64,000 nucleotides of DNA. It comes from an uncultured beta proteobacterium (GTDB lineage Bacteria > Pseudomonadota > Gammaproteobacteria > Burkholderiales > SG8-39). The first letter of the stretch is position 1, and each line of letters begins with the position of its first letter. The notes beneath the pieces were generated by a model. It was not told the DNA's origin. It saw only the letters and a list, made by a program, of their open reading frames with translations, and did not search any database. A program made the translations under genes and the position numbers. The DNA lies in the NCBI GenBank assembly GCA_963743805.1, contig CAVUQY010000006.1:36183-100182 (forward strand), in the 5' to 3' direction. Shown here in pieces: positions 20,960-30,396 of the stretch.

Positions 20960-21337
20960 ATGAGCAATTTCTGGGACATCCTCTGGCTGATTTTCTCCAC
21001 CTTCGTTTTCATCGCCTACATCCTCATCCTGTTCCAGATCGTCGTCGACCTCTTCCGCGATCACGAGCTCGGGGGCGGCTTCAAGGCGCTCTGGATCATC
21101 GGCCTCATCTTCGTGCCGCTGCTGACGGCGCTCATCTACATCGTCGCCCGCGGCCGCGGCATGGCGGAACGGCAGCGGGCGGCCCTGCAGCGGGCGAAGT
21201 CCGACACCGAGGCGTACATCAAGGGCGTCGCCGGCAAGTCGCCGGCCGACCAGATCGCCGATGCGAAGGCGCTGCTCGACGCCGGCACGATCACGGCCGA
21301 CGAGTTCGCGAAGCTCAAGGCCAAGGCGCTCGCATGA
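20960..21337 (+). CDS. small membrane protein with a PLD-nuclease N-terminal (PLDc_N) domain plus a SHOCT domain
   Basis: Intact 125 aa ORF. It has two TM helices (ILWLIFSTFVFIAYILILF, ALWIIGLIFVPLLTALIYIV) and a C-terminal SHOCT-like LLDAGTITADEFAKLKAKAL. Confidence 0.75.
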   Translation: MSNFWDILWLIFSTFVFIAYILILFQIVVDLFRDHELGGGFKALWIIGLIFVPLLTALIYIVARGRGMAERQRAALQRAKSDTEAYIKGVAGKSPADQIADAKALLDAGTITADEFAKLKAKALA

Positions 21338-21368
21338 GCCGGACCGACACCGCCCCGCGGAGACGGCG

Positions 21369-22388
21369 ATGAATCGCGATCCCGTTTCGGTCGATCTCGG
21401 GCTGCAGGGCGGCGGCGCGCACGGCGCCTTCACCTGGGGCGTCCTCGACCGGCTGCTCGAGGAGACGTGGCTGCGTTTCGACGGCGTCTCCGGCACCTCC
21501 GCGGGCGCGATGAACGCCGCGGTGATGGCCGACGGGCTGGCTGCGGGCGGCCCCGAGCAGGCGCGGGCGGCGCTCGAGCAGTTCTGGAAGCGCGTGTCGG
21601 ACGCGGCGCTGCTCAGCCCCTGCGCCGCGGCCCGCTCGAGATCCTGACCGGCACCTGGACGCTCGACTATTCGCCGGTGTTCGCGGCCCTCGACGTCGCG
21701 GCGCGAGTGCTCTCGCCGTACGACATCAACCCCATGGGCTCGAACCCGCTCCGCCAGATCCTGGCGGACAGCGTCGACTTCGACCGGGTCGCCCGCGCGC
21801 CGATCAAGCTCTTCGTCACCGCGACCAACGTGCGCACCGGCCGCGGCCGCATTTTCCGCAACGCCGAGGTCACGCCCGACGTGCTGCTCGCCTCGGCGTG
21901 CCTGCCCACGATGTTCCAGGCGGTGGAGATCGACGGCGAGGCGTACTGGGACGGCGGCTACTCGGGCAACCCGTCGATGGCACCGCTGATCCGCGAGTGC
22001 CACGTCGTCGGACACGATCCTGGTGCAGATCAACCCGATCGAGCGGCCCGGCACGCCGAAGACCGCGCGCGAGATCCACAACCGGCTCAACGAGATCGCC
22101 TTCAACGCGACGCTGATCAAGGAGATGCGCGCGGCGGCGCTGCTGCGGCACGTGACCGATCCGGGCACGGGCGAGGGCGCCATCTGGGCGAAGATGCGCG
22201 TCCACCGCATCGCGAGCGATCTCATGCTCGACCTCGGCTACTCCTCCAAGCTCATCGCCGAGTGGGCGTTCTTCTGCATGCTGCGCGACGAGGGGCGCCG
22301 CGCGGCAGCGGCATTCCTCGACGCGCACGGGACCGACCTCGGCGTGCGGTCGACGCTCGACATCGACGCGTATCTGGAAGGCATCTAG
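21369..22388 (+). CDS. patatin-like phospholipase (cytoplasmic type), frame breaks near 21630 and 22010
   Basis: The GGGAHGAF oxyanion motif, GTSAGA nucleophile elbow and WDGGY (DG dyad) are all present. It was stitched from ORFs 21261..21647, 21467..23845 (first part) and 22023..22388. Confidence 0.8.
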
Positions 22389-22393
22389 CCGTC

Positions 22394-23845
22394 ATGGGTC
22401 TGCTCGGCATCCTGCTCGGCCTCGGCGCGCTCGTCTGGCTCTCGTTCCGCGGCTGGAGCGTGCTCGTCCTCGCGCCCCTGGCCGGCCTGATCGCCGCGCT
22501 TGCGGCCGGCGAGCCGCTGCTCGCGCACTGGACGCAGACCTTCATGGGTTCGGCGGCCGGCTTTCTCGCCTCGTTCTTTCCGCTGTTCCTGCTCGGCGCG
22601 CTGTTCGGCAAGCTCATGGAGGACAGCGGCTCGGTCGGGGCGATCGCGCAGTTCATGACCGAGAAGCTCGGTGCGAAGCGCGCGATCCTGGCGGTCGTGC
22701 TCGCCGGCGCGCTGGTCACCTACGGCGGCGTGAGCCTGTTCGTCGCGTTCTTCGTGCTCGGACCGATGGCGCAGGCGCTGTTCCGCGCGGCGGACATCCC
22801 GAACCGGCTGATGCCGGCGGCGATCGCGCTCGGCACCTCGACGTTCACGATGACCGCGCTGCCGGGCACGCCGGCGATCCAGAACGCGATCCCGATGCCG
22901 TTCTTCGGCACCACGCCGTTCGCCGCGCCCGGGCTGGGCGTGATCGCGGCGGCGATCATGCTCGGCTTCGGGCTGTGGTGGCTCGCGCGCGCGGAGGCCG
23001 CGGCGCGCCGCAAGGGCGAGGGCTACGGCACCGCGGCCGTCGCCGCGGATGCGGCCGCCGACGACCCGCTCGTGCGCGAGCGCGCGACGACCGCGAGCTC
23101 GTTCGATCCGGCCGAGGCGCATCGCGGCCGCAAGAGCGACGCATCCCCCGGCGTGCTCGTGGCGATGCTGCCGCTCGTGGTGGTGGTGCTCGTCAATCTC
23201 GCGATGTCCCTCGCGGTGCTGCCGCGCCTCGACACGAGCTTCCTCGCCGAACCGCGCTGGGGCGGGGTCCCGCTCTCGTCGGTGAGCGGCGTGTGGTCGG
23301 TGGTCGTGGCGCTCGCCTCGGCCATCGTCGTGCTGGTCGTGCTCAACCGCGGGCGCCTCTCCGGCTTGCGCGCGACCGTCGACGCCGGCGCCAACGCCTC
23401 GGTCCTGCCGGTGCTCAGCGTGGCGAGCCTCGTGGGGTTCGGCGCGGTCGTGGCGGCGATGCCGGCGTTCGAGGTGGTGCGCGACTGGGTGCTGTCGATC
23501 GGCGGCGGGCCGCTCGTCTCGCTCGCCGTGTCCACCAACATCCTCGCCGCGCTGACCGGGTCGGCATCGGGCGGCCTGACGATCGCGCTCGATGCGCTCG
23601 GGCCGACCTACCTCGCCCTCGCTGCCGAGCAGGGCATCGACCCCGCACTGCTCCACCGCGTGGCGGTGATCGGCGCCGGCACGCTCGACAGCCTGCCGCA
23701 CAACGGCGCGGTGGTGACCCTGCTCGCGGTGTGCGGGTCGACGCACGGCAAGAGCTACTTCGACATCGTGATGGTCGGGATCGTCGGCGCGATCCTCGCG
23801 CTCGTCGCGGTGATCGTGCTCGGCTCCATGTTCGGCTCGTTCTGA
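22394..23845 (+). CDS. GntP-family permease (gluconate / 3-hydroxybutyrate transporter type)
   Basis: An intact roughly 483 aa segment of ORF 21467..23845, starting MGLLGILLGLGALVWLSFRGW. It is polytopic and GntP-like throughout. Confidence 0.85.
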   Translation: MGLLGILLGLGALVWLSFRGWSVLVLAPLAGLIAALAAGEPLLAHWTQTFMGSAAGFLASFFPLFLLGALFGKLMEDSGSVGAIAQFMTEKLGAKRAILAVVLAGALVTYGGVSLFVAFFVLGPMAQALFRAADIPNRLMPAAIALGTSTFTMTALPGTPAIQNAIPMPFFGTTPFAAPGLGVIAAAIMLGFGLWWLARAEAAARRKGEGYGTAAVAADAAADDPLVRERATTASSFDPAEAHRGRKSDASPGVLVAMLPLVVVVLVNLAMSLAVLPRLDTSFLAEPRWGGVPLSSVSGVWSVVVALASAIVVLVVLNRGRLSGLRATVDAGANASVLPVLSVASLVGFGAVVAAMPAFEVVRDWVLSIGGGPLVSLAVSTNILAALTGSASGGLTIALDALGPTYLALAAEQGIDPALLHRVAVIGAGTLDSLPHNGAVVTLLAVCGSTHGKSYFDIVMVGIVGAILALVAVIVLGSMFGSF

Positions 23846-23886
23846 GCGGCCACCCGCGACGCCCTGGCACCGGAGCGCGGCGAGAC

Positions 23887-24666
23887 GTGGCGAAGCGCAC
23901 CTGGACCATCATCGGCTTCACGCTGCTGAGCATCGCGGCGGCCTTCCTGCTGCCCGCCGTACCGCAACCCGCCGCGTATCACGACTTCGCGGACCGCCGT
24001 GCGGGATTCGGGATCGAGAACGTCCTCGACGTCGTATCGAACGGCGCGTTCCTGCTGGCCGGGATCGCCGGCCTGGTCGTGGTCCTGCGCCCGCGCACGC
24101 GCTTCGAGTTCGCGGCCGAGCGCTGGCCCTACGGCCTCTTCTTCCTGGGCGTGCTGCTGACCGCGGCGGGCTCCGCGTACTACCACCTCGCGCCGGACAA
24201 CGAGCGCCTGTTCTGGGACCGGCTGCCGATCACGATCGCGTTGATGGCCCTGATCTCCGCCCAGGTTGTCGATCGCGTCAGCGTGCGGGCCGGGCTCGCC
24301 CTGCTGGGACCGGCGCTGCTGGCCGGGGCCGCTTCCGCCGTCTACTGGATCGCGACGGAGCGGGCGGGCGCCGGCAACGTCCTGCCCTACGCGGTCGTGC
24401 AGGGCTACGCGGTGGTGATCCTGCTCGTGTTCGCGCTGACGCTGCCGTCGCGATACACGCGCGGCAGCGACGTGTACTGGGTGTTCGCGGGGTACGTGAT
24501 CGCGAAGGTCCTGGAACACTTCGACCGGGAGGTCCTCGCGCTGGGAAATCTCGTGAGCGGCCACACCCTGAAGCACCTGGCCGCGGCGGCGGCGGCGCTC
24601 GTGCTCTGCCGCATGCTGTGGCGGCGGACGCTGGTTACCGGCGAGCGACCGCGGCTTGTCGGATAA
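23887..24666 (+). CDS. ceramidase-like (alkaline ceramidase family) integral membrane protein
   Basis: A segment of ORF 22975..24666 from GTG 23887: VAKRTWTIIGFTLLSIAAAFLL...AYYHLAPDNERLFWDRLPI...GHTLKHL. It has seven predicted TM helices with conserved His and Asp. Confidence 0.6.
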   Translation: MAKRTWTIIGFTLLSIAAAFLLPAVPQPAAYHDFADRRAGFGIENVLDVVSNGAFLLAGIAGLVVVLRPRTRFEFAAERWPYGLFFLGVLLTAAGSAYYHLAPDNERLFWDRLPITIALMALISAQVVDRVSVRAGLALLGPALLAGAASAVYWIATERAGAGNVLPYAVVQGYAVVILLVFALTLPSRYTRGSDVYWVFAGYVIAKVLEHFDREVLALGNLVSGHTLKHLAAAAAALVLCRMLWRRTLVTGERPRLVG

Positions 24667-24688
24667 TCGGGTCGGAGGAGTTCTGCCA

Positions 24689-25183
24689 ATGGCCCGACCG
24701 CACACACGACACTCGCTTCGCTCGAGTCTCATCGCGGTCGCTGCGGCGGTCTGCGCAGCGGGGATCGCGGCGCCGGCATCCGCGCAAACCGAAGGCGGGC
24801 TTTACATCGCCGGCTACGGATTCAGCTTCGCGGAAGTGGTCGACCGTGCGATCGCGCAGAACCCGGGGGGCCAACGATTCTTCCTGCTTTCATTGCCGCC
24901 GGAAACACAGGCGCTCGCGACGTCGGCTGCCGGCCCGCTCGCCGCAGCGCGCGACCGTGCGATCGCGGCCAACGGCGTTCTGCTGGTCTGCCAGCGCGAC
25001 ATCGACAGCGGCCGGATCAACGCGGCCGGCCTTGCGCCGCGCGTCGTCGCGGTGCGCGGCTGGCCGCCGGCCGGCAGCCCCTCGTTGCCGCCGGGCGAGC
25101 GCTACTTCCAGGGCGAGAATCCGGCCAATCTCCCGGCCTCGAACGAAGCGCTGCGCCGGCTGCGCTCGACCTGCTCGGATTGA
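24689..25183 (+). CDS. exported hypothetical protein
   Basis: ORF 24656..25183. MARPHTRHSLRSSLIAVAAAVCAAGIAAPASAQ is a signal peptide. I could not recognise a family. Confidence 0.5.
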   Translation: MARPHTRHSLRSSLIAVAAAVCAAGIAAPASAQTEGGLYIAGYGFSFAEVVDRAIAQNPGGQRFFLLSLPPETQALATSAAGPLAAARDRAIAANGVLLVCQRDIDSGRINAAGLAPRVVAVRGWPPAGSPSLPPGERYFQGENPANLPASNEALRRLRSTCSD

Positions 25184-25284
25184 CGGCGCGCGCGCCGGAA
25201 ATTTCTCGAGCCGAGAGTAGCCTCGCGCGAACGTTCGCGGCGTCTGCGGACGACTGCGCGCCCGCAAGGAACTGGAGCAAGTCG

Positions 25285-25949
25285 ATGTGCAAGCGCTTCG
25301 CCAATGCCCTCCTCGCCGTCGCCGCGTCGGTTCTGCTGCTCGCCTGCGCAATTCCGGCCACCCGGCTGGATGCGCAATGGGTGAATCCGGAGTACGTCGG
25401 CAAGAAGGCGGTGCGCAACGTGCTGGTGATGTCCGCCGTCCGCGACACGAGCAGTCGCCGGCTCTTCGAGGACCGGATGGTCGCCGCCCTCGCCGCTGCA
25501 GGCATCAAGGCGGTGCCGTCGTACCGGTTCATCCCGCAAGACGGCCCGGTCGATGAAGACCGTCTGCGCCGGGCGGTCGCCGAAGCCGGGGTGTCGCACG
25601 CGATGGTCACGCGCATCAGCAACGTCTCCACGCAGGTCAACGTCTCGCCCGGAATGGTGATGGGCCCGGCGTGGGGCCCGGATGGGGGCCGGGCTGGGGC
25701 CCCGGGTGGGGCGGGGGCTGGGGCGGTTTCCACGGCTACTACAACTCGATGTGGGCGACGACGATTCCGCCGCAGGTCACGACGACGCAGCAGGTCCATG
25801 CCGACACGCGCCTGTTCGAGGCGCAGAACGCCGCGGTGCTGTGGTCGGCGGCCACGACCACGTCGATGGGTTTCGACTCGGTCCCGCAGATCATCGATCA
25901 GTTCGTCCAGCTGATCGTCACCACGATGACGAAGGACGGCGTGATCTGA
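25285..25949 (+). CDS. lipoprotein, DUF4136-like, with a Gly-Trp-rich repeat; frame break inside the repeat (about 25680)
   Basis: MCKRFANALLAVAASVLLLAC is a lipobox, with GGAG 8 nt upstream of the ATG. It continues in ORF 25671..25949 (GPGWGPGWGPGWGGGWGGFHGYYNSMW...). Confidence 0.6.
25661..25727 (+). repeat. G-rich imperfect tandem repeat encoding (G-W-G-P)n
   Basis: tgggcccggcgtggggcccggatgggggccgggctggggccccgggtggggcgggggctggggcgg. It is coding low-complexity sequence and hosts a frame break. Confidence 0.6.
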
Positions 25950-27541
25950 CGTTGCGCACCGGCCTTGACGGAGTCGATAATCGAGCAGTTCTCGGTCGAC
26001 ATCGCCCGGATCATGTCGGGCCGGATGACCTGACGGGCGTGCCGCCGGAAGTCCGTTGCGCAATTCGTACGCGCCTGCAGGAAGATGTTGCGCAGCGTCG
26101 GGCTTTCCTTCTGGTAGCCGAGCTGCTCGAAGGCATCCGCCAGCAGGTTCTTGGCCTCCTGGTTCCCGGGTTGCGCGAACACCAGCTTGTTCAGGATCTC
26201 CGACGCCTCGAGGTACCTGCCCTGGCCGATCAGTTCCTTGCCCTTGGCCTTGATCCTGTCCGAGCCGCCCATCATCTCGACGTAGAGCGGCGCCGAGTCC
26301 TTGGGCGACAGCGGCGCGATGTTCAACGGATTGCCGTCCCAGTAGCCGAGGAAGCGGTTGATGACGCCGCGGCTGTTGTGCTGTTCCGACCCGTGGTAGC
26401 TGTGCGCGGACCATTGCTTCCACAGGCTCGGCGGCAGCTGATAGACGTTCTGGATCTCGTTGATCGTCACGCCCAGGTTGGCGTAGTGCAGCGACTGGTT
26501 GTTGAGGTTGGCATAGGTGTCGCGCTGCGTGCGCAGCACTTCCTGGATGCGCGCGTTGCCCCAGCGCGGCCAGCTGTGCGAGGCGAACATCACCTCGGCT
26601 TCCTGGCCGAACCGGTACAGCGCGACGTTGATCTGCTTGGACCAGTTCAGCGCATTGCGCACCGGCGCGCCGCGCGGCGTGTAGATGTTGTGGATCGTGC
26701 CGGTGATGTTCTCCGCCGCCCAGAAGGCCTTGAACTGCGGGAAGTAGGTGTTCATCTCGACCGGTGCCTCGGTGTCCGGCGTGTTCTGGAACACCATCTT
26801 CACGCCGTCGATCGTCACTTCCTCGAAGTCCTTCTTGATGATGAGGTTCGGCGCGATCAGCCCGACGTTGCCGCTCGCAACGTTCTTGCCGATCGACTGG
26901 TCCACGTGACCGTGCGGGTCGCGCGGCAGCAGCACGGCGTAGGAGTACTGGGTGCGCCGCGACATGGCGTTGCCGGAGAACACGTTCTCCTCGATCGCGG
27001 CCTGCATGAAGCCCTCGGGCGCGATGACCTTGACCTTGCCGCTGACCACGTCGGCTTCGTCCACCACGCCGCGCACGCCGCCGAAGTGGTCGACGTGGGA
27101 GTGGGAGTAGACGACGCCCAGGACCGGCCGCTTGCCGAGCTTCTCGTTGATGAACTCGAGTGCCGCGCGGGCGGTTTCCTTGGCCGTCAGCGGGTCGAAG
27201 ACGATCCAGCCGGTATCGCCCTTGATGAAGCTGATGTTGGCCAGGTCGAAGCCGCGCACCTGGTAGATCCTGCCCGGCAGGACCTCGTAGAGGCCGTAGG
27301 CCATGTTCAGCACGGCCTGGCGCTGCAGCGACGCGTGGATGCTCGGGAAGTCCTTCGCTTGCAGCAGCCACTGGTAGCTGCCCATGTCCCAGGCCACGTT
27401 GCCCGCATCGGCCATGATCTTCAGAAAGGGCGGCTCGGCGATGAAGCCCTTCTTCGCCTCGTCGAAGTCGCGCTGTCTCGTTCGTCGCGCGTCTATAATC
27501 GCCCGGCTTCGAAACGGCAAGCGTGGAACGAAGCATTGCAA
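25950..27541 (-). pseudogene. alkyl/aryl-sulfatase (metallo-beta-lactamase fold, SdsA1/Bds1 type) fragment. It lacks the signal peptide and N-terminus and the C-terminal SCP2-like domain.
   Basis: ORF 25898..27541 reads ...RDFDEAKKGFIA...YQVRGFDLANISFIKGDTGWIVFDPL...YSHSHVDHFGG...HSWPRWGN...YHGSEQHNSRGV. Homology ends about 110 aa short of a full protein, at the lipoprotein stop codon. There is at least one frame break near 26060 (GAYELRNGLP is in another frame). GC is about 60-62% against about 72% in the flanks. Confidence 0.8.
27494..27499 (+). promoter_or_regulatory. consensus -10 hexamer TATAAT upstream of the 27556 operon
   Basis: It is an exact TATAAT 57 nt upstream of the ATG, with a GGAGGA RBS at about 27545. 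The -35 element is weak. Confidence 0.3.
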
Positions 27542-27555
27542 ACGGAGGACGTGAG

Positions 27556-28153
27556 ATGTCGAACGGTAGCGGTTGGACGAGAATCTTCGCCGGGGTTGCT
27601 CTGGCCGCGCTCTGCGGCGCTGCTTCGGCCCAGACCAGCGTGAACTACGGTCGCATCACCGCGTGAACGCTGGTCACCGAGCAGAACCGCGCCGCGCAGA
27701 CCACCGGCGCGGTCCTCGGCGGCGCGCTCGGCGCCGCCTCCGGCTCGAACCGGTCGAGCGGCACGCGCGCGCTGCGCGCCGGCGGCGGCGTGCTCGCGCG
27801 GGCAGCAGCTCGGACGGATCGCGACGCAGCGGCAGACCTTCGAGTACACGGTCCTGATCGGCGGCACTTCCACCGTCCGGATGGTCACCGACGAAGCCGG
27901 GCTGCGCGTGGGCGACTGCGTGGCCGTCGAGCGCGGCGGCTTCAACAACCTGCGGCTGGTCGACGACAGCCGCTGCAATCCGCGGCCGGCTGCGCAGGGC
28001 GCGAAGGCGGCCGGTGCACCGCCGAAGGCGACCGCGGCGGACGTGCGCCAGGCCGACGCCTGCATCCAGGCGAAGGACCGGCTCTTCGATGCGGAGACCG
28101 ACGAGGATTTCGAGCGCGCGTACCGCAGGGTGCGCCTGCTCTGCCAGGACTGA
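27556..28153 (+). CDS. secreted glycine-zipper (Rick_17kDa/SlyB-like) protein, interrupted by an in-frame TGA (27664) and a frame break near 27800
   Basis: Own translation: MSNGSGWTRIFAGVALAALCGAASAQTSVNYGRITA*TLVTEQNRAAQTTGAVLGGALGAASGSN...GGGVLAG, then QQLGRIATQRQTFEYTVLIGG... (ORF 27881..28153 gives the C-terminus). Confidence 0.6.
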
Positions 28154-28178
28154 CGCCGGCCCCGGGCCGCGCCGCGTC

Positions 28179-29376
28179 GTGCCGAAGCCGCTCGCGCTTC
28201 TCGCGCTCGCCGCCGCTCCTCGGCGGCTGCGGGCTCCTGCCGCGCAACGCGGTCCCGCCCGACCTCGTCGAGCAGGCGACGATCCCGCACTTTCCCGACG
28301 TCCGGGCGTGGGCCGGGCGGCCGAACCCGGCCATGGAGCGCGATATCACGGCGTCGTTCGACCAGGAGTCGCCCGACGATTTCCCGCAGCGCGCCGACGG
28401 CGTCGTCGAGTACGCGCATCTCGCGATCTCGGGAGGCGGCCCGAACGGCGCGTTCGGCGCGGGACTGCTCAACGGCTGGACCACGACCGGGAAGCGGCCG
28501 GTCTTCAAGATCGTCTCCGGCGTGTCCACCGGGGCGCTGATGGCACCGTTCGCCTTCGTCGGCCCGTCGTACGACGGGGCGCTGCGCGAGTTCTACACCA
28601 CCACGTCGTCGCGCAACATCTTCCGCGCGCTCTCGATCATCCCGCAGCTCCTGACCGGGGACTCGCTCGCCGACTCCGGGCCGCTCGCGTCCCTGATCGA
28701 CCAGCACGTGGACGCGGTGCTCCTCGCGCGGGTCGCCGACGCGCACGCCCGAGGCCGGCGGCTCTACGTCGGCACGGTGGACCTCGACGCGCAGCAGTTC
28801 GTCATCTGGAACATGGGCCTGATCGCGGCGAGCGGGCGGCCGGACGCGCTCGAGCTCTTCCGCAAGGTGATGCTCGCCTCCGCGTCCGTGCCGATCGCCT
28901 TCCCGCCGGTCTTCTTCGAGGTCGAGGCGGGCGGGCGCGGGTACGACGAGATGCACGTCGACGGCGCGGTCGCGGCGCGCCTGTTCCTCACCGGCGGCGT
29001 GTTCGACATTTCGATCATCCGCACGCGCGCAGGCCGCGGGCCGGGCCGGGAGAACATCTACGTCATCCACAACGGCCAGTTGCCGCCGGTGGCGGAACAG
29101 ACGCCCCGGTCGCTGCGCGGCATCGCGTCGCGGACGCTCCAGGCCGCGGGCCGGGCCGGGGTCGTCGGGGACCTCTTCCGGCTCTACGCGGTCGCGCTCG
29201 CCACCGAGGCGAGCCTGAACTGGATCACGATTCCCGACGACGTCGAGATCGAAGGCAGCGAGGTGTTCGACCCGGTCGTGATGGGACGGCTCTACGAGCT
29301 CGGCTACCGCAAGGGCACCGAGGGGCCGGCGTGGGTCACCAGCCCGCCGGGGCTGCGGTACCAGCTGGTGCGCTGA
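28179..29376 (+). CDS. patatin-like phospholipase lipoprotein, frame break inside the signal peptide (about 28213)
   Basis: VPKPLALLALAAA / LLGGC is a lipobox. The main body is in ORF 27790..29376: ISGGGPNGAFGAG, GVSTGA nucleophile elbow, HVDGAV. Confidence 0.8.
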
Positions 29377-29400
29377 AGACGAGCCGGAGGCGACGACATC

Positions 29401-29880
29401 GTGACGAGCAGCGAGCTGCGGGACTACGCGACGGTGATTGCGGCGACGGTGGCCGTGCTGGTCTTCGTCGTGAACTCGCTGTCGATGATGCGCAACCGGC
29501 GGATCGAGAACCTCTCGCGCTTCAATCAGGCGCACCAGTGGCTGTTCGCCGAGCGCGGCTACATCGCCCGCAACCTCCCCGCAATCGAAGCCGGGACGCT
29601 GCAGCGCGACCATCGCGACGCCGAGATGGAGGCGAGGTTCCACCTCATGCTGCTCGACGTCGAGCGGCTCGCCATCCTCGCCAACAACAAGGCGGTGCCG
29701 CGCCACACGCAGGTCTACATGTTTGGCGCCTACGCCCGGAAGCTCCTCAACCTGGCGACCGAGGAGGAGCGCAACAACATGTCCTGGGAGCTCGCGCTCG
29801 GCTACCTGGAGGGGCTCGACCGGGACACGGACGCGTACAAGGGCCTCACGCGCGCCGAGCGCGAGAGGTTCTGGCGCTGA
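29401..29880 (+). CDS. hypothetical protein with a single N-terminal TM helix (159 aa)
   Basis: Intact ORF with a GTG start. The TM helix is YATVIAATVAVLVFVVNSL. I could not confidently recognise a family. GC is slightly lower than in the neighbours. Confidence 0.5.
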   Translation: MTSSELRDYATVIAATVAVLVFVVNSLSMMRNRRIENLSRFNQAHQWLFAERGYIARNLPAIEAGTLQRDHRDAEMEARFHLMLLDVERLAILANNKAVPRHTQVYMFGAYARKLLNLATEEERNNMSWELALGYLEGLDRDTDAYKGLTRAERERFWR

Positions 29881-29907
29881 GCCCCGGCAGACGAAAAGGA
29901 TGACGCA

Positions 29908-30382
29908 TTGAGAGCCCTGCTGAACGCGAGCCGGTTCATGGTGGTTGCCGCCGTGCTGGGCTCGCTCGCCGGCGCGGCCGCGCTGTTCGCGTACGGCCTC
30001 GTCGATACCGTAGTGGTGATTACGCGAACGGTCGCGAGCGGCGATGTCTCGACGAAGGGCGCGAAGGCGCTGATGCTGTACTTCATCGAGATCTTCGATC
30101 TCTTCCTGCTCGGCACCGTGATGCTGATCATGGCGCTCAGCCTCTACGAGCTGTTCATCGACGCCGACCTGAAGCTGCCGGCGCGGCTGCAGATCCACAC
30201 CTTCGACGACCTCAAGAGCAACCTGGTCACGGTGGTGATCGCCGTCATGGCGGTGACCTTCCTCGGCCAGATCGTGTCCTGGGACGGCGAGTCGCGAGCT
30301 GCTCGGTTTCGGCGCGGCGGTGGCGCTCGTGATCGCCGCGCTGAACATCTACCTCTGGATCACGAAGGTCGGCAAGAAGTAG
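29908..30382 (+). CDS. yqhA: YqhA-family (UPF0114) inner-membrane protein, frame break near 30290
   Basis: The start is TTG. MRALLNASRFMVVAAVLGSLAGAAALFAYG...MLYFIEIFDLFLLGTVMLIMALSLYELF... The corrected tail is ...SRELLGFGAAVALVIAALNIYLWITKVGKK, with TAG at 30380..30382. Confidence 0.75.
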
Positions 30383-30396
30383 CGGTTCGCGGCGCG

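Noticed and set aside
21369-22388. Patatin genes as effectors of CBASS or another cyclic-nucleotide defence system. I asked the same question of 28179..29376.
   Set aside because: No cyclase, CD-NTase, SMODS/SAVED or TIR genes occur in the window.
27530-27541. The ATG at 27541 (MQCFVPRLPF...) as the genuine start of a full-length sulfatase.
   Set aside because: This N-terminus has no signal peptide and no homology upstream of ...RDFDEAKKGFIA. Full-length family members carry about 40 more residues including an export signal.
27664-27666. In-frame TGA as a selenocysteine codon.
   Set aside because: The protein is a glycine-zipper envelope protein, not a known selenoprotein family. I see no obvious SECIS-like hairpin directly downstream. 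The window is full of sequence errors.
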